Numbered from the stretch's first letter, positions 27,619-38,579 are shown. The stretch: 64,000 bases of DNA from OCS116 cluster bacterium AG-390-A19 (GCA_003278145.1 QCGV01000001.1:139616-203615), one strand, 5' to 3'. The notes: a model not told the origin generated them from the sequence alone. Program-made: numbers and translations.

Positions 27619-29121
27619 TTGCGGAGAATTTTAAGCTTGGAAAAAAAGAAAAAAATTAAACCACAAAGACCTAGAGGCTTTGAAGATTTATCAGGAAGTA
27701 GCTTGAGTGAGCTTGTTCAATTGAGAGATTCCATTCAAAAAGTTTATGGTCTTTATGGTTTTGAACCTCTTGAAACTGGAATCATTGAATATTCAGATGT
27801 AATAGGGTCTTTTTTACCTGATCAAGATCGCCCAAATGAAGGTGTTTTTTCTTTTGAAGATGATGATAAAAGGTGGGTTTCATTAAGGTATGATTTGACT
27901 TCTGGCTTAGCTAGGTATGTAGCTGAGAATTTTGATAGCCTGCCTAAACCATATAGAAGATATCAATCAGGATGGGTTTTTAGAAATGAAAAACCAGGCC
28001 CTGGAAGATATAGACAATTTTATCAAATTGATGCTGATACAATTGGAAGTGATAATGCTCTTTCAGATGCCGAGATGTGCATGATGTTTTCTGATGCAAT
28101 ACAAAATACCGGTATTGAAGTAGGAAATTATGTAATACGTTTAAGTAATAGAAAAATTTTAGATGGGATTATTGATAGTCTTAATATTAAAGGAAATTCA
28201 TCAGGGTCTGAAATTAATCTATCAATTATGAGATCAATAGACAAGCTTGATCGACTGGGTTTAATGGGTGTAGAACAACTTCTTGGTGAAGGTAGAAAAG
28301 ATGATTCGGGAGACTATACTAAAGGCGCAGGTTTAGAGAAATCAGATATTAAACAAATATTATCATTTTTAGAAAGCGGAATTGAGTCAAAAATGCTTTC
28401 AAGAGAAGCATGTCTTAAAAATTTATCAAATCAATTTGGCACTAATGAAATTTTTAACGAAGCTCTAGAAGAATTGAATGAAATTTCAAAGATAATCGAT
28501 GCTGCTGGATATGATGAAAATAAAATTATAATTGATCCATCGGTTGTAAGAGGATTAGGATATTACACTGGTCCAGTTTATGAAGCTGATTTAACTTTTG
28601 ATATGGAAACAGATCAAGGGTTAGAAAAGTTTGGATCAATAGGTGGGGGTGGCCGTTATGATGATTTGGTTGCTAGACTAAAAGGAGTTAGAGTTCCTTC
28701 CACAGGTATCTCAGTTGGTGTTAGTAGATTAAGTAGTGCTTTAAAATACATAAATCAGTCAGAAGAAAATTCTGAGACTTTATCAGTTGTTGTTCTTGTG
28801 ATGGATAAAGAAAAAAGATCTGAATATTATAAAATTGCATCTAATTTAAGAAATGAGGGTATTAGTTCAGAGTGCTATTCTGGGGATGGAGGAATGAAGG
28901 CTCAGTTAAAGTATGCCGATAAACGAAATGCAAGGCTTGCTATTATTATTGGTGAGGATGAAGCTTCTTCCAAATCTGCAACAATTAAAGATTTATATAT
29001 TGGAAAAGAGTTTTCTGATAAAATTTCTGATAACAAAGAGTGGAGAAGCGGAAAAGATTCTCAGCAAAATGTACCAATTAAAGACCTTATTAACTCGGTA
29101 AAATCAATACTTTCAAAATAA
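27619..29121 (+). CDS. hisS: Histidine--tRNA ligase (long alphaproteobacterial type)
   Basis: Class II motifs (RYQSGWVFRNEKPGPGRYRQFYQIDAD, GGGGRYDDL). The in-frame TTG at 27637, 11 nt after GGAG, is a plausible alternative start. Confidence 0.92.
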   Translation: MRRILSLEKKKKIKPQRPRGFEDLSGSSLSELVQLRDSIQKVYGLYGFEPLETGIIEYSDVIGSFLPDQDRPNEGVFSFEDDDKRWVSLRYDLTSGLARYVAENFDSLPKPYRRYQSGWVFRNEKPGPGRYRQFYQIDADTIGSDNALSDAEMCMMFSDAIQNTGIEVGNYVIRLSNRKILDGIIDSLNIKGNSSGSEINLSIMRSIDKLDRLGLMGVEQLLGEGRKDDSGDYTKGAGLEKSDIKQILSFLESGIESKMLSREACLKNLSNQFGTNEIFNEALEELNEISKIIDAAGYDENKIIIDPSVVRGLGYYTGPVYEADLTFDMETDQGLEKFGSIGGGGRYDDLVARLKGVRVPSTGISVGVSRLSSALKYINQSEENSETLSVVVLVMDKEKRSEYYKIASNLRNEGISSECYSGDGGMKAQLKYADKRNARLAIIIGEDEASSKSATIKDLYIGKEFSDKISDNKEWRSGKDSQQNVPIKDLINSVKSILSK

Positions 29122-29177
29122 ATTCATATTTTATGAATAATTATATTGATTCTTAAATAAATTCATAATATATGAAT
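29122..29177. promoter_or_regulatory. Two copies of a perfect 17-bp palindrome, ATTCATA-N3-TATGAAT (candidate operator pair or RNA hairpins)
   Basis: Copy 1 is 29122-29138 (ATTCATATTTTATGAAT). Copy 2 is 29161-29177 (ATTCATAATATATGAAT). Both sit inside a 24-nt direct repeat, AAATAAATTCATAnnnTATGAATA, with 39-bp spacing. Copy 2 ends 4 nt before the hisZ ATG. Confidence 0.5.
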
Positions 29178-29181
29178 ATTT

Positions 29182-30540
29182 ATGATTAAGGAAACTAATA
29201 AAATTATTGACTTATTGGGAGGAACAGGCGCTTTAGCAAAGTTGTTAGATGTTAATCTTTCTGCTGTATCTAATTACAGAAAAAAAGGATTTCCAGATAG
29301 ATTACATTATAAAATTGCAACTTTATGCAATGAAAGAGATATTACTATCGATAGTAAAATTTTTGGCGAATTTTCTAATACTTTACCAGCTATTGATACC
29401 AGACCTTTGGAGATTTTAAGTGAAGTTTCTATAAAAGTTATCGAAAGTTTAACCGGCGATGATTTCGAGTTGATTGATCCACCTGTTTTAGTTTCCGCTG
29501 ATAAAGTTCTTGATAGATTAGGTGAGAATATTGCCGATAAGCTATATATATTTTCTGATCCAGCTGGCTCTAGACTCTGTTTGAGACCAGATCTTACGAT
29601 ACCAACATGTATCCATTATTTAAATAATGGTTTTAATGGTATTAAAAAAAACTATGCATATCATGGAAAGGTATTTCAGTTTCAAAATCCATCATCTAAT
29701 GAGCCAAATGAATTTACTCAGGCTGGTCTCGAGATTATTGGTGGTAATAGCTGTATTGAAAATGAAATAGAAGTTTTTTTTAGAACTTATAAGTCTATTG
29801 AACAGTCCGGAATTAGAAACTTCAATATTATTCTTGGAGATGTTTCTTTATTTTCGATTTTAATAGATGTTCTTGATATACCTGTTATATGGAAAGATCA
29901 GCTAAAAGCTAAATTTTGGAATGATAAAAATTTCAAAAAACTTCTAGATGAGCTAACTGTTAAGAAAAAAGTAAACAATAAGTTATTTCAAAAAATATCA
30001 AATTTAGATAATGATACTGCTGAAATTTTTGTTAGGGATACAATTGGATTGTTAGAAAATCAATCGCCTGTTGGAAGAAGTTTGAAAGAAATAACTCAAA
30101 GGCTGATAAAAAAATCTCAAGAAATAAAAACTGACCCACTTTCAAAACCAACTGTAAAACTTATAAAGGAATTTTTATCTATCTCTGATAAACCTCTGCA
30201 AGCCCTAAAAAAACTGAGGTCTATTTCTAAAAATATTGATAGTAGATTAAATTCTCAAATTGATTCTATGTCAGAGAGAATCGAAATGATGCTTAAGTTA
30301 AAGGTTGATATCAAAAATTCAATTTTATCAGTGGAAAAAGGGAGGATGGTTGAGTACTACACAGGATTTTTATTTGATTTTAATTCGAGTGATTTAAGAA
30401 ATAATCTAAATATCGCAGGAGGGGGCAGATATGATGATTTGATCAATTCTGTGAGTGATGAAAATAATATACCTGCTGTTGGTGCTGCTATTAATTTAGA
30501 TAGACTTGAAAAAATAATTTCTTCGGAGAAATTTAAATGA
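29182..30540 (+). CDS. hisZ: ATP phosphoribosyltransferase regulatory subunit HisZ with an in-frame N-terminal Cro/YdaS-like HTH domain
   Basis: Residues ~66-452 are HisS-paralogue-like (LRPDLTIPTCIHYL, QAGLEIIG, GGGRYDDL). Residues 1-65 (IIDLLGGTGALAKLLDVNLSAVSNYRKKGFP) resemble E. coli YdaS (VVGGQSAMARLLGVSPPSVNQWIKG). No stop codon and no internal ATG between the two parts. Confidence 0.8.
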   Translation: MIKETNKIIDLLGGTGALAKLLDVNLSAVSNYRKKGFPDRLHYKIATLCNERDITIDSKIFGEFSNTLPAIDTRPLEILSEVSIKVIESLTGDDFELIDPPVLVSADKVLDRLGENIADKLYIFSDPAGSRLCLRPDLTIPTCIHYLNNGFNGIKKNYAYHGKVFQFQNPSSNEPNEFTQAGLEIIGGNSCIENEIEVFFRTYKSIEQSGIRNFNIILGDVSLFSILIDVLDIPVIWKDQLKAKFWNDKNFKKLLDELTVKKKVNNKLFQKISNLDNDTAEIFVRDTIGLLENQSPVGRSLKEITQRLIKKSQEIKTDPLSKPTVKLIKEFLSISDKPLQALKKLRSISKNIDSRLNSQIDSMSERIEMMLKLKVDIKNSILSVEKGRMVEYYTGFLFDFNSSDLRNNLNIAGGGRYDDLINSVSDENNIPAVGAAINLDRLEKIISSEKFK

Positions 30541-31514
30541 GCTCAATATTGTTAGCACTACCTTCAAAAGGTAGGCTCCATGACCAAATGAATAAATTTT
30601 TTGAATCTTCTGGAATAATTCTTAAAAGATCTGGAGGTCAGAGGACTTATTCGGGTTTTATAAAAGATATAGAGGAAATAGAAATTATTTATCTTTCTGC
30701 AACAGAGATCTCTAGTGAACTATTAAAGGGTAATATTCATATGGGTGTTACCGGCATTGACTTAATTGAAGAAGGTAGAACAAGTGCATCAAAAGATGTT
30801 ACTCTGCTATCAAGGTTGGGTTTTGGAAAAGCCAATGTTGTAATAGCTGTCCCAGATCACTGGATAGATGTAGAAAATATAAGAGATTTATCTGAAGTAT
30901 CATCAGAATTTCGATCTTACAATAATAGAAGAATGAGAGTTGCTACAAAATTTACAAATATAACAAGAAATTTTTTCACAAAAAATGGTATTAATAACTA
31001 TAGACTTGTTGATAGTGCTGGAGCTACTGAGGGATCTCCTGCAGCAGGTACCTCTGAAATAATTGTTGATATAACAGAAACAGGTCAAACAATTGAGGCT
31101 AATAATTTAAAGGTTCTTGAAGACGGCATAATGCTTAAAAGTGAAATATGCATTTTCTCAAGTACAAATGATATTTGGAAAGATATTGATCTTAAACCTG
31201 TAGAGAGGTTTTTAAGAATAATTTCTGCACGATCTGAAGCATTAGGAAATGCTGAATTACTTTTTGACTACAATAGAGAGGATAAAGATCTAGAAATAAA
31301 TTTATTTAGAGAGTTTAATTCGTCATTTGTTAATGGTTCTCCAAATATTGGAGAGAGTGTTTCACTAATTACTCCAATCTCAATGGTACCATCTTGTACT
31401 TATTATTTAACAAGTAATGGATATGGACCAGTAAGAACAACAAGACCTGATTTTATTTATAATCAAGACTCTCGATCATGGAAACTTTTAAAAAACTCTA
31501 TTAATTTAAAATAA
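30537..31514 (+). CDS. hisG: ATP phosphoribosyltransferase
   Basis: LALPSKGRL N-terminus, DLIEE, ATKFTNITRNFF, IVDITETGQT. ATGA start/stop overlap with hisZ. Confidence 0.92.
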   Translation: MSSILLALPSKGRLHDQMNKFFESSGIILKRSGGQRTYSGFIKDIEEIEIIYLSATEISSELLKGNIHMGVTGIDLIEEGRTSASKDVTLLSRLGFGKANVVIAVPDHWIDVENIRDLSEVSSEFRSYNNRRMRVATKFTNITRNFFTKNGINNYRLVDSAGATEGSPAAGTSEIIVDITETGQTIEANNLKVLEDGIMLKSEICIFSSTNDIWKDIDLKPVERFLRIISARSEALGNAELLFDYNREDKDLEINLFREFNSSFVNGSPNIGESVSLITPISMVPSCTYYLTSNGYGPVRTTRPDFIYNQDSRSWKLLKNSINLK

Positions 31515-31543
31515 AAAAAGGCCATCTGGATAGATGGCCTTTC
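31513..31543. terminator. Bidirectional terminator hairpin between convergent hisG and groEL
   Basis: AGGCCATC / GATGGCCT 8-bp stem (31519-31540) with a 6-nt loop. Flanked by A7 on the left (a U-run for the minus-strand transcript) and TTCT on the right. Confidence 0.8.
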
Positions 31544-31568
31544 TAAATTTCAAATGAGTTTTTTTGGA

Positions 31569-33236
<1,668 letters not shown>

Positions 33237-33261
33237 TTATTCCTCCAATTAATGACTAATA

Positions 33262-33549
33262 TTAACTAATAATACCAAGAACATCTGACTCTTTCATAAT
33301 CAGTAATTCTTTACCATCGACAGTCACTTCTGTTCCTGACCATTTACCAAAAAGTATTTTGTCACCTGATTTTACATCAAGAGGTGTAACAGAGCCGTCT
33401 TCAGCTTTTGTTCCTGATCCAACAGCAACAACTTTACCTTCAGATGGTTTTTCCTTTGCTGTATCAGGTATAATTATACCACCAGCAGTTTTTTCATCTT
33501 CATCAATGCGTTCAACTAAAACACGGTCGTGTAAAGGACGAAATTTCAT
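33262..33549 (-). CDS. groS: Co-chaperonin GroES
   Basis: [12 protein letters not shown].., [13 protein letters not shown] mobile loop. Length 95 aa. Immediately upstream of groEL. Confidence 0.97.
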   Translation of the reverse strand: MKFRPLHDRVLVERIDEDEKTAGGIIIPDTAKEKPSEGKVVAVGSGTKAEDGSVTPLDVKSGDKILFGKWSGTEVTVDGKELLIMKESDVLGIIS

Positions 33550-33850
33550 TTTTTTTTCTCCACTTTAATTTAAAAAAAATAACTAAATCCTTGATCTTTC
33601 CCATAATAAGATCTCGGGTCAACCTTAGGTAATTATCGTTTACCTCAGTGTCAAGTACTTAAACTCAATTTTTTGGATATTTTTTGAGTTTTTTACACTT
33701 TTTTTGTAAATTACTGATATATTTTGTTAAAAAATATATAAAATTTATTAAAAAACACCTAAATTTTATTAAATTTATACTTTTTTTTTATTTTTTTTCG
33801 AATTTTAATAATTATTTACATGTTTAATTAATAGACTATTAATTTTTTGA

Positions 33851-34786
33851 TTGTTAAATAGAGATATGTTTTTTCAAGCTTTACTTTTTCCAGTAGGTAT
33901 TTTGCTCCTGGCAGTTGGAGGGGATAGATTAGTTATAGGATCAGTTGCTCTTTCAAATAAACTTAATATTCCAGCATTTATAACGGGAATATTTATCATT
34001 GGATTTGGTACATCTCTTCCAGAGTTATTTGTGACACTAAGTGCTTTAAGTAAAAATGAAGCTGATATAGCAATTGGAGCTATTATTGGGTCAAATATTA
34101 TTAATATTCTTCTAATCTTGGGTTTATCACTAGTCCTTTCAAATAAGAAATCCCTAGAGTCCATTTCATATAAAGATATTTTAGTAATGATCTTATGTGC
34201 TTTCTTATTTTCATATTTTTTACAAATCGGTCTTATAAATAACCTTTGGTCAATAATTATGATTATTTTATTGCCGATTTATCTATTTGTTTCTTACAAA
34301 TTTTTTAATAACAATAATCAGTTGACTAACGATAGTTCACAAAATGGATCAATAATTTTTAATCTATTGATTGGATTTATTGCAATAATTTATGGATCAG
34401 AGATTTTTATAGAGGGTCTAATTTATATTTCAGAAGTTTTAAATATTCCTGAAGCAATTATTGGAATTAGTCTTGCAGCAATAGGGACATCTCTTCCAGA
34501 ATTAGCGGTAACAATTGCTTCTTTTATAAGAGGTAAGGGAAGTGTTGCTATTGGTAATGTTGTTGGTTCAAATATATTTAATATATTAGGCGTTTTAGGT
34601 TTATCTGCATTTATAAGCGGGCAGATTAGTTTTTCAAAATCCTTCTCAGGTATTGATACAGCTATTTTAATTCTTTCAAGTTTATGGGTTTTTATCCTAG
34701 TAAGAAATGGATCCACAAATCCGAAATTATATGGTTCCATTTCATTAATTGGATATTTTAGTTACATGATCTTTTTATATTCTTAA
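33851..34786 (+). CDS. Ca2+/Na+ antiporter family (CaCA, YrbG-like) membrane protein
   Basis: Two alpha-repeat motifs GTSLPEL (GFGTSLPELFVT and IGTSLPELAVT) in a ~10-TM protein. The listed start is TTG; ATG 33866 is an alternative. Confidence 0.85.
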   Translation: MLNRDMFFQALLFPVGILLLAVGGDRLVIGSVALSNKLNIPAFITGIFIIGFGTSLPELFVTLSALSKNEADIAIGAIIGSNIINILLILGLSLVLSNKKSLESISYKDILVMILCAFLFSYFLQIGLINNLWSIIMIILLPIYLFVSYKFFNNNNQLTNDSSQNGSIIFNLLIGFIAIIYGSEIFIEGLIYISEVLNIPEAIIGISLAAIGTSLPELAVTIASFIRGKGSVAIGNVVGSNIFNILGVLGLSAFISGQISFSKSFSGIDTAILILSSLWVFILVRNGSTNPKLYGSISLIGYFSYMIFLYS

Positions 34787-34788
34787 AA

Positions 34789-35703
34789 CTAAAAAGGCTC
34801 ATAAGGAAATACACTTACAGTAGCCCCTAAATCAGGTGCAATTGAGTCAAATGCTGGAAAAGCAGAATTCAATAGCTTTTCTGGTGTCCAGCCCTCAATA
34901 TCAGCAATACTTTTTATAGGCCTTGGTTGACTGAATAAAGCAACTTCATTTCCTCTAACTGACAAGATTTGGCCTGATAATTTACAATCAGGGGCCGCTA
35001 AAGCTACAGCAGTCTGAGCTACCTGATCGGGACGCATAGCATTTTTCATTCTTTCAACTCTTTGTTTTGATGCCTCGTCTTTGATAGGAATAGTCGCAAT
35101 CATTCTTGTCCATGCAAAAGGTGCAATAACATTTGACCTTACGTTTTTTATTTCATTTTCCATTGCAATTATTCTTGATAATCCGTGAATACCAAGCTTA
35201 GCTGCAGCGTAGTTAGCTTGACCAATATTGCCAATTAAACCTGTTGTTGAAGTAAATAAAACAAAATTACCTTCTTCTTTTTCTCTAAAATAGTTAATTG
35301 CAGACCTACAAACATTAAAAGACCCCTTTAGATGAACTGATAAAACTGAGTCCCAGTCTTCTTCATCCATCTTGTGAAACATTTTATCTCTAAGTATCCC
35401 TGCAGGATTTATTATCGAGTGAAGTTCACCATATTCATCAAGAGCTTGTTGAATCATATATTCTGTTCCTTTTCTATCGGTTACAGAGTCATTATTCGAT
35501 ACAGCCTGACCACCAGCAGAAATTATCTCTTTTTTTACAAGCTCTATGGGACCTTTATCCCCTTCATCACCCCCTGCTACAGAACCACCTAAATCATTTA
35601 TGACTAGTTTTGCACCTTCTCTTGCAGCAAGAAGAGCTGTTTCCTTTCCTATACCATTTGCTGCACCAGTGATTAATATAACTTTACCATCAAGAACACC
35701 CAT
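34789..35703 (-). CDS. SDR oxidoreductase of the multifunctional-enzyme-2 / hydroxyacyl-CoA dehydrogenase type
   Basis: ITGAANGIG, VINDLGGSVAGGDEGDKGP insert, YAAAK. Start moved to ATG 35703 because AGGAGG lies 8 nt upstream; the ORF track extends to 35745. Confidence 0.85.
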   Translation of the reverse strand: MGVLDGKVILITGAANGIGKETALLAAREGAKLVINDLGGSVAGGDEGDKGPIELVKKEIISAGGQAVSNNDSVTDRKGTEYMIQQALDEYGELHSIINPAGILRDKMFHKMDEEDWDSVLSVHLKGSFNVCRSAINYFREKEEGNFVLFTSTTGLIGNIGQANYAAAKLGIHGLSRIIAMENEIKNVRSNVIAPFAWTRMIATIPIKDEASKQRVERMKNAMRPDQVAQTAVALAAPDCKLSGQILSVRGNEVALFSQPRPIKSIADIEGWTPEKLLNSAFPAFDSIAPDLGATVSVFPYEPF

Positions 35704-35772
35704 AATAATAATCCTCCTAAAATTTTTTAAATTGTTATAAAACAATAATTACAAATCAGGTATATTTTTTTT

Positions 35773-36342
35773 ATGGTTGACTTAAAAAATATTATTAAAA
35801 GCGCTGAAACTGCTAATAAAGAATTTCATGATGGTTATCCTCCGGTTGAAAAATGGAATCCTGAACATTGTGGAGAAATAGGTTTAGAAATTAAAAGCGA
35901 TGGCACTTGGTATTACATGGATTCACCAATTGGTAGAAAAAGATTAGTAAATTTATTTGCAAGAATTTTAAGGAAAGAGAAAGATGGCAGTTATGTTTTA
36001 GTAACTCCTGTTGAAAAAATAATTATTAAAGTAGAAGATGCGCCCTTTATAGCCATTGACGTTTCTGTTGAAGGATTAAATAAAAATAAAATTTTAAAAT
36101 TCACAACCAATACCGGCGATACTGTAATAGCTTCAAAAGATTATCCAATAAGAGTTGAAATAGACAAAAAGACTAAGGAACCATCACCGTACATTTTAGT
36201 AAGAAGTAATCTTGAAGCAAAAATATCAAGATCTGTATTTTATGACCTTGTAAATATTGGTGATGATCATAAAGATTATTTTGGTATTTGGTCGGGCGGG
36301 TATTTTTTTCCTTTTATGAAGTCTAGTGAATTAAAATTCTAA
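35773..36342 (+). CDS. DUF1285 family protein
   Basis: Family-typical stretch DGTWYYMDSPIGRKRLVNLFARILRKEKDGSYVLVTPVEKIIIKVEDAPF. Usual alphaproteobacterial position upstream of the NUDIX gene. Confidence 0.75.
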   Translation: MVDLKNIIKSAETANKEFHDGYPPVEKWNPEHCGEIGLEIKSDGTWYYMDSPIGRKRLVNLFARILRKEKDGSYVLVTPVEKIIIKVEDAPFIAIDVSVEGLNKNKILKFTTNTGDTVIASKDYPIRVEIDKKTKEPSPYILVRSNLEAKISRSVFYDLVNIGDDHKDYFGIWSGGYFFPFMKSSELKF

Positions 36343-36344
36343 TT

Positions 36345-36977
36345 ATGAATATAAATTATAAATCTCTAATTGAGTCTGCTGTTGAAAAAAATCCACCCTC
36401 TGTAGGTGAGTTAGAAAAGTCACCTGGCATTAAAAGTGATTTTGATCTTATCGAGCAATATAATGATAGAATTAGTCCATCTAATTTAAAACCCGCATCG
36501 GTTGTAATTGGAATAATTGAGAGAGAAAGACCTTATATTTTTCTTACTAAGCGCTCCACTAATCTTTTACAACATTCAGGACAAATAGCTTTTCCAGGGG
36601 GAAAAGTTGAAAATGGCGAAACTTTTACAGAAGCTGCTTTAAGAGAAGCAAAAGAAGAGGTTGGTTTAGACTCTTCAGCGTTTAAAATATATGGATATTT
36701 GGACACCTATGAAACAGGTACTGGTTATAGAATTTTACCAGTCGTTGGTTTTATTGATTCAAAATTTGTACCTAGAATTAACAAAGAAGAGGTTGCTGAG
36801 ACATTTGAAGTACCTTTTGAATTTATTATGAATGAAGACAACCATCAATTACAATCTGGTGAATGGAAGGGTGTTGTAAGAAACTATTATACTATACCAT
36901 ATCAGGGGTATAATATTTGGGGTGCAACTGCTGGAATGATCAGAAATTTATATGAAAGGATAAAAAAAATTGATTAG
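36345..36977 (+). CDS. NUDIX hydrolase, CoA pyrophosphatase type
   Basis: Nudix box GGKVENGETFTEAALREAKEEVGL, preceded by the CoA-type motif LTKRSTNLLQHSGQIAFPGG. Confidence 0.85.
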   Translation: MNINYKSLIESAVEKNPPSVGELEKSPGIKSDFDLIEQYNDRISPSNLKPASVVIGIIERERPYIFLTKRSTNLLQHSGQIAFPGGKVENGETFTEAALREAKEEVGLDSSAFKIYGYLDTYETGTGYRILPVVGFIDSKFVPRINKEEVAETFEVPFEFIMNEDNHQLQSGEWKGVVRNYYTIPYQGYNIWGATAGMIRNLYERIKKID

Positions 36978-37215
36978 GATTATTTATTATTTATCTATTT
37001 TTCTATCGCCTTTAATAATTTACTTGTTTTGGATTTTTTTATCAAAAGGTAAGATTATTGAATTAAGAATTTTTTGGTCTCTTTTGATTGGATTATTTCT
37101 TATGGCTATTACACTATTTTCTACAGCCATTTTTAATAATGTTCCCATTGAAAAAAAATATGTACATCCTGAAGTAATAAATGGTGAACTGAAAGAAGGC
37201 CATTTTATTGAATAA
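36970..37215 (+). CDS. Small two-TM membrane protein of unknown function
   Basis: 81 aa with two hydrophobic helices. Overlaps the NUDIX gene by 8 nt and abuts cca. No recognisable motif. Confidence 0.4.
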   Translation: MIRIIYYLSIFLSPLIIYLFWIFLSKGKIIELRIFWSLLIGLFLMAITLFSTAIFNNVPIEKKYVHPEVINGELKEGHFIE

Positions 37216-38466
37216 ATGACTAATGAAATTCAATATAATTTTTTGAAAGATAAAATATGTATGAAAATTTTTTCTCTTTTGAATGAGAAAGAGGATACAT
37301 CTCGTTTTGTAGGAGGTTGTGTAAGAGACTCTATAATTGGCCTTAAAACAAATGATATAGATATTGCTACCAAATTAAAGCCAGAAGATGTTGTAAAGAT
37401 TTTAGGTTCTGAATCAATCAAAGTTGTTCCTACAGGAATCGATCATGGTACTGTTTCTGTTTTTTCAAAAGATTTTAACTTTGAAATAACGACATTAAGA
37501 TCTGATATATCAACTGATGGACGACATGCCGAAGTCATATTCTCTGATAGTTGGGAGGAAGATTCTCTAAGAAGAGATTTTACAATAAATTCTATTTATT
37601 TAAAACAAAATGGTGAAATATATGATCCTCATAATGGTATTCAGCACTTAAAGGAAAGAAAAATAATTTTTATTGGAAATCCCGATGAAAGAATTAATGA
37701 AGATTATTTGAGGATCTTAAGATTTTTTAGATTCAATGCTTTTTATGGAAATAGTAATTTAAAGTTATCTAGTTATTCAATTAAAGCATGCGCCAAAAAT
37801 AAGAATAAAATAAAAAAATTATCACCAGAGAGAGTTCAAAATGAATTTTTTAAAATTCTAAATTCATCAAATCCATATTTTATAATTAGTATTATGAAGA
37901 AAATAAAAATTCTTGATCTTTTATTTGAACATAAAACTGAAATAAAAATTTTTAAAAAATTACTATTAATTGACAAAGAAAATTCTTTTTCAAAAAATCA
38001 TATTTTAAGATTTGCATCTTTGGCTTTAAATAATAAGAAAATCAATTCAAATAATTTACAAATGTTTAATTTTTCAAAAAAAGAAAGAAAAGAGTTATGC
38101 TTCCTAACGAATCAAGAATTTGAAATTCATAATAAATTGAATAAATCGGATATAAAAAAAATTTTATATTCTATAGATAGAAAAATACTAAAGGATATGG
38201 CTAAGCTTTCTTGGGCTTTAAGTAATAATAGAGTAACAAACAAAAATTGGAAAACTGTTCTTACCCAAATAGATAAAGTTGCAATACCTATTTTTCCATT
38301 AAAAGCTAAGGATATATTAGATTATGGATTAGAGGAGGGGCCGATTATTGGCGAGATTTTAAAAACAATGGAACAAGATTGGTTAGATTCAAATTTTAAA
38401 CACAATAAAGAAGATTTACTATTTAAATTAGAAGCAATTATAAATAGAAAAAAACATGATAACTAA
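37216..38466 (+). CDS. cca: CCA tRNA nucleotidyltransferase / poly(A) polymerase family
   Basis: GGCVRDSIIGLKTNDIDIAT, RRDFTINS and YLRILRFFRF motifs. Confidence 0.85.
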   Translation: MTNEIQYNFLKDKICMKIFSLLNEKEDTSRFVGGCVRDSIIGLKTNDIDIATKLKPEDVVKILGSESIKVVPTGIDHGTVSVFSKDFNFEITTLRSDISTDGRHAEVIFSDSWEEDSLRRDFTINSIYLKQNGEIYDPHNGIQHLKERKIIFIGNPDERINEDYLRILRFFRFNAFYGNSNLKLSSYSIKACAKNKNKIKKLSPERVQNEFFKILNSSNPYFIISIMKKIKILDLLFEHKTEIKIFKKLLLIDKENSFSKNHILRFASLALNNKKINSNNLQMFNFSKKERKELCFLTNQEFEIHNKLNKSDIKKILYSIDRKILKDMAKLSWALSNNRVTNKNWKTVLTQIDKVAIPIFPLKAKDILDYGLEEGPIIGEILKTMEQDWLDSNFKHNKEDLLFKLEAIINRKKHDN

Positions 38467-38579
38467 TAGTGTAGTATTATGTCGCATTATCAAATATTTC
38501 CTTTACTTTCTCAAAAAGATATTTCATACACATTATCAAATTAACATATCAAATATTTTTAGATTTATTGGTAAATAAA

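Noticed and set aside
30537-31514. HisG is 325 aa, about 100 aa longer than the minimal short form, although a HisZ partner is present.
   Set aside because: From memory, HisG proteins of about this length coexist with hisZ in several alphaproteobacterial families. The extension therefore probably reflects lineage-typical architecture rather than novelty. I could not verify this without a database.
33550-33850. CIRCE (TTAGCACTC-N9-GAGTGCTAA) or a clear sigma-32 promoter upstream of groES; also a GATCTT-N9-AAGATC inverted repeat near 33592-33612.
   Set aside because: There is no CIRCE-like sequence in the 301-bp spacer. Two TTGAC(A/C) hexamers on the groES strand have only weak -10 partners. 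The 6-bp inverted repeat is too short to distinguish from chance. Promoters surely exist here, but I cannot place them.
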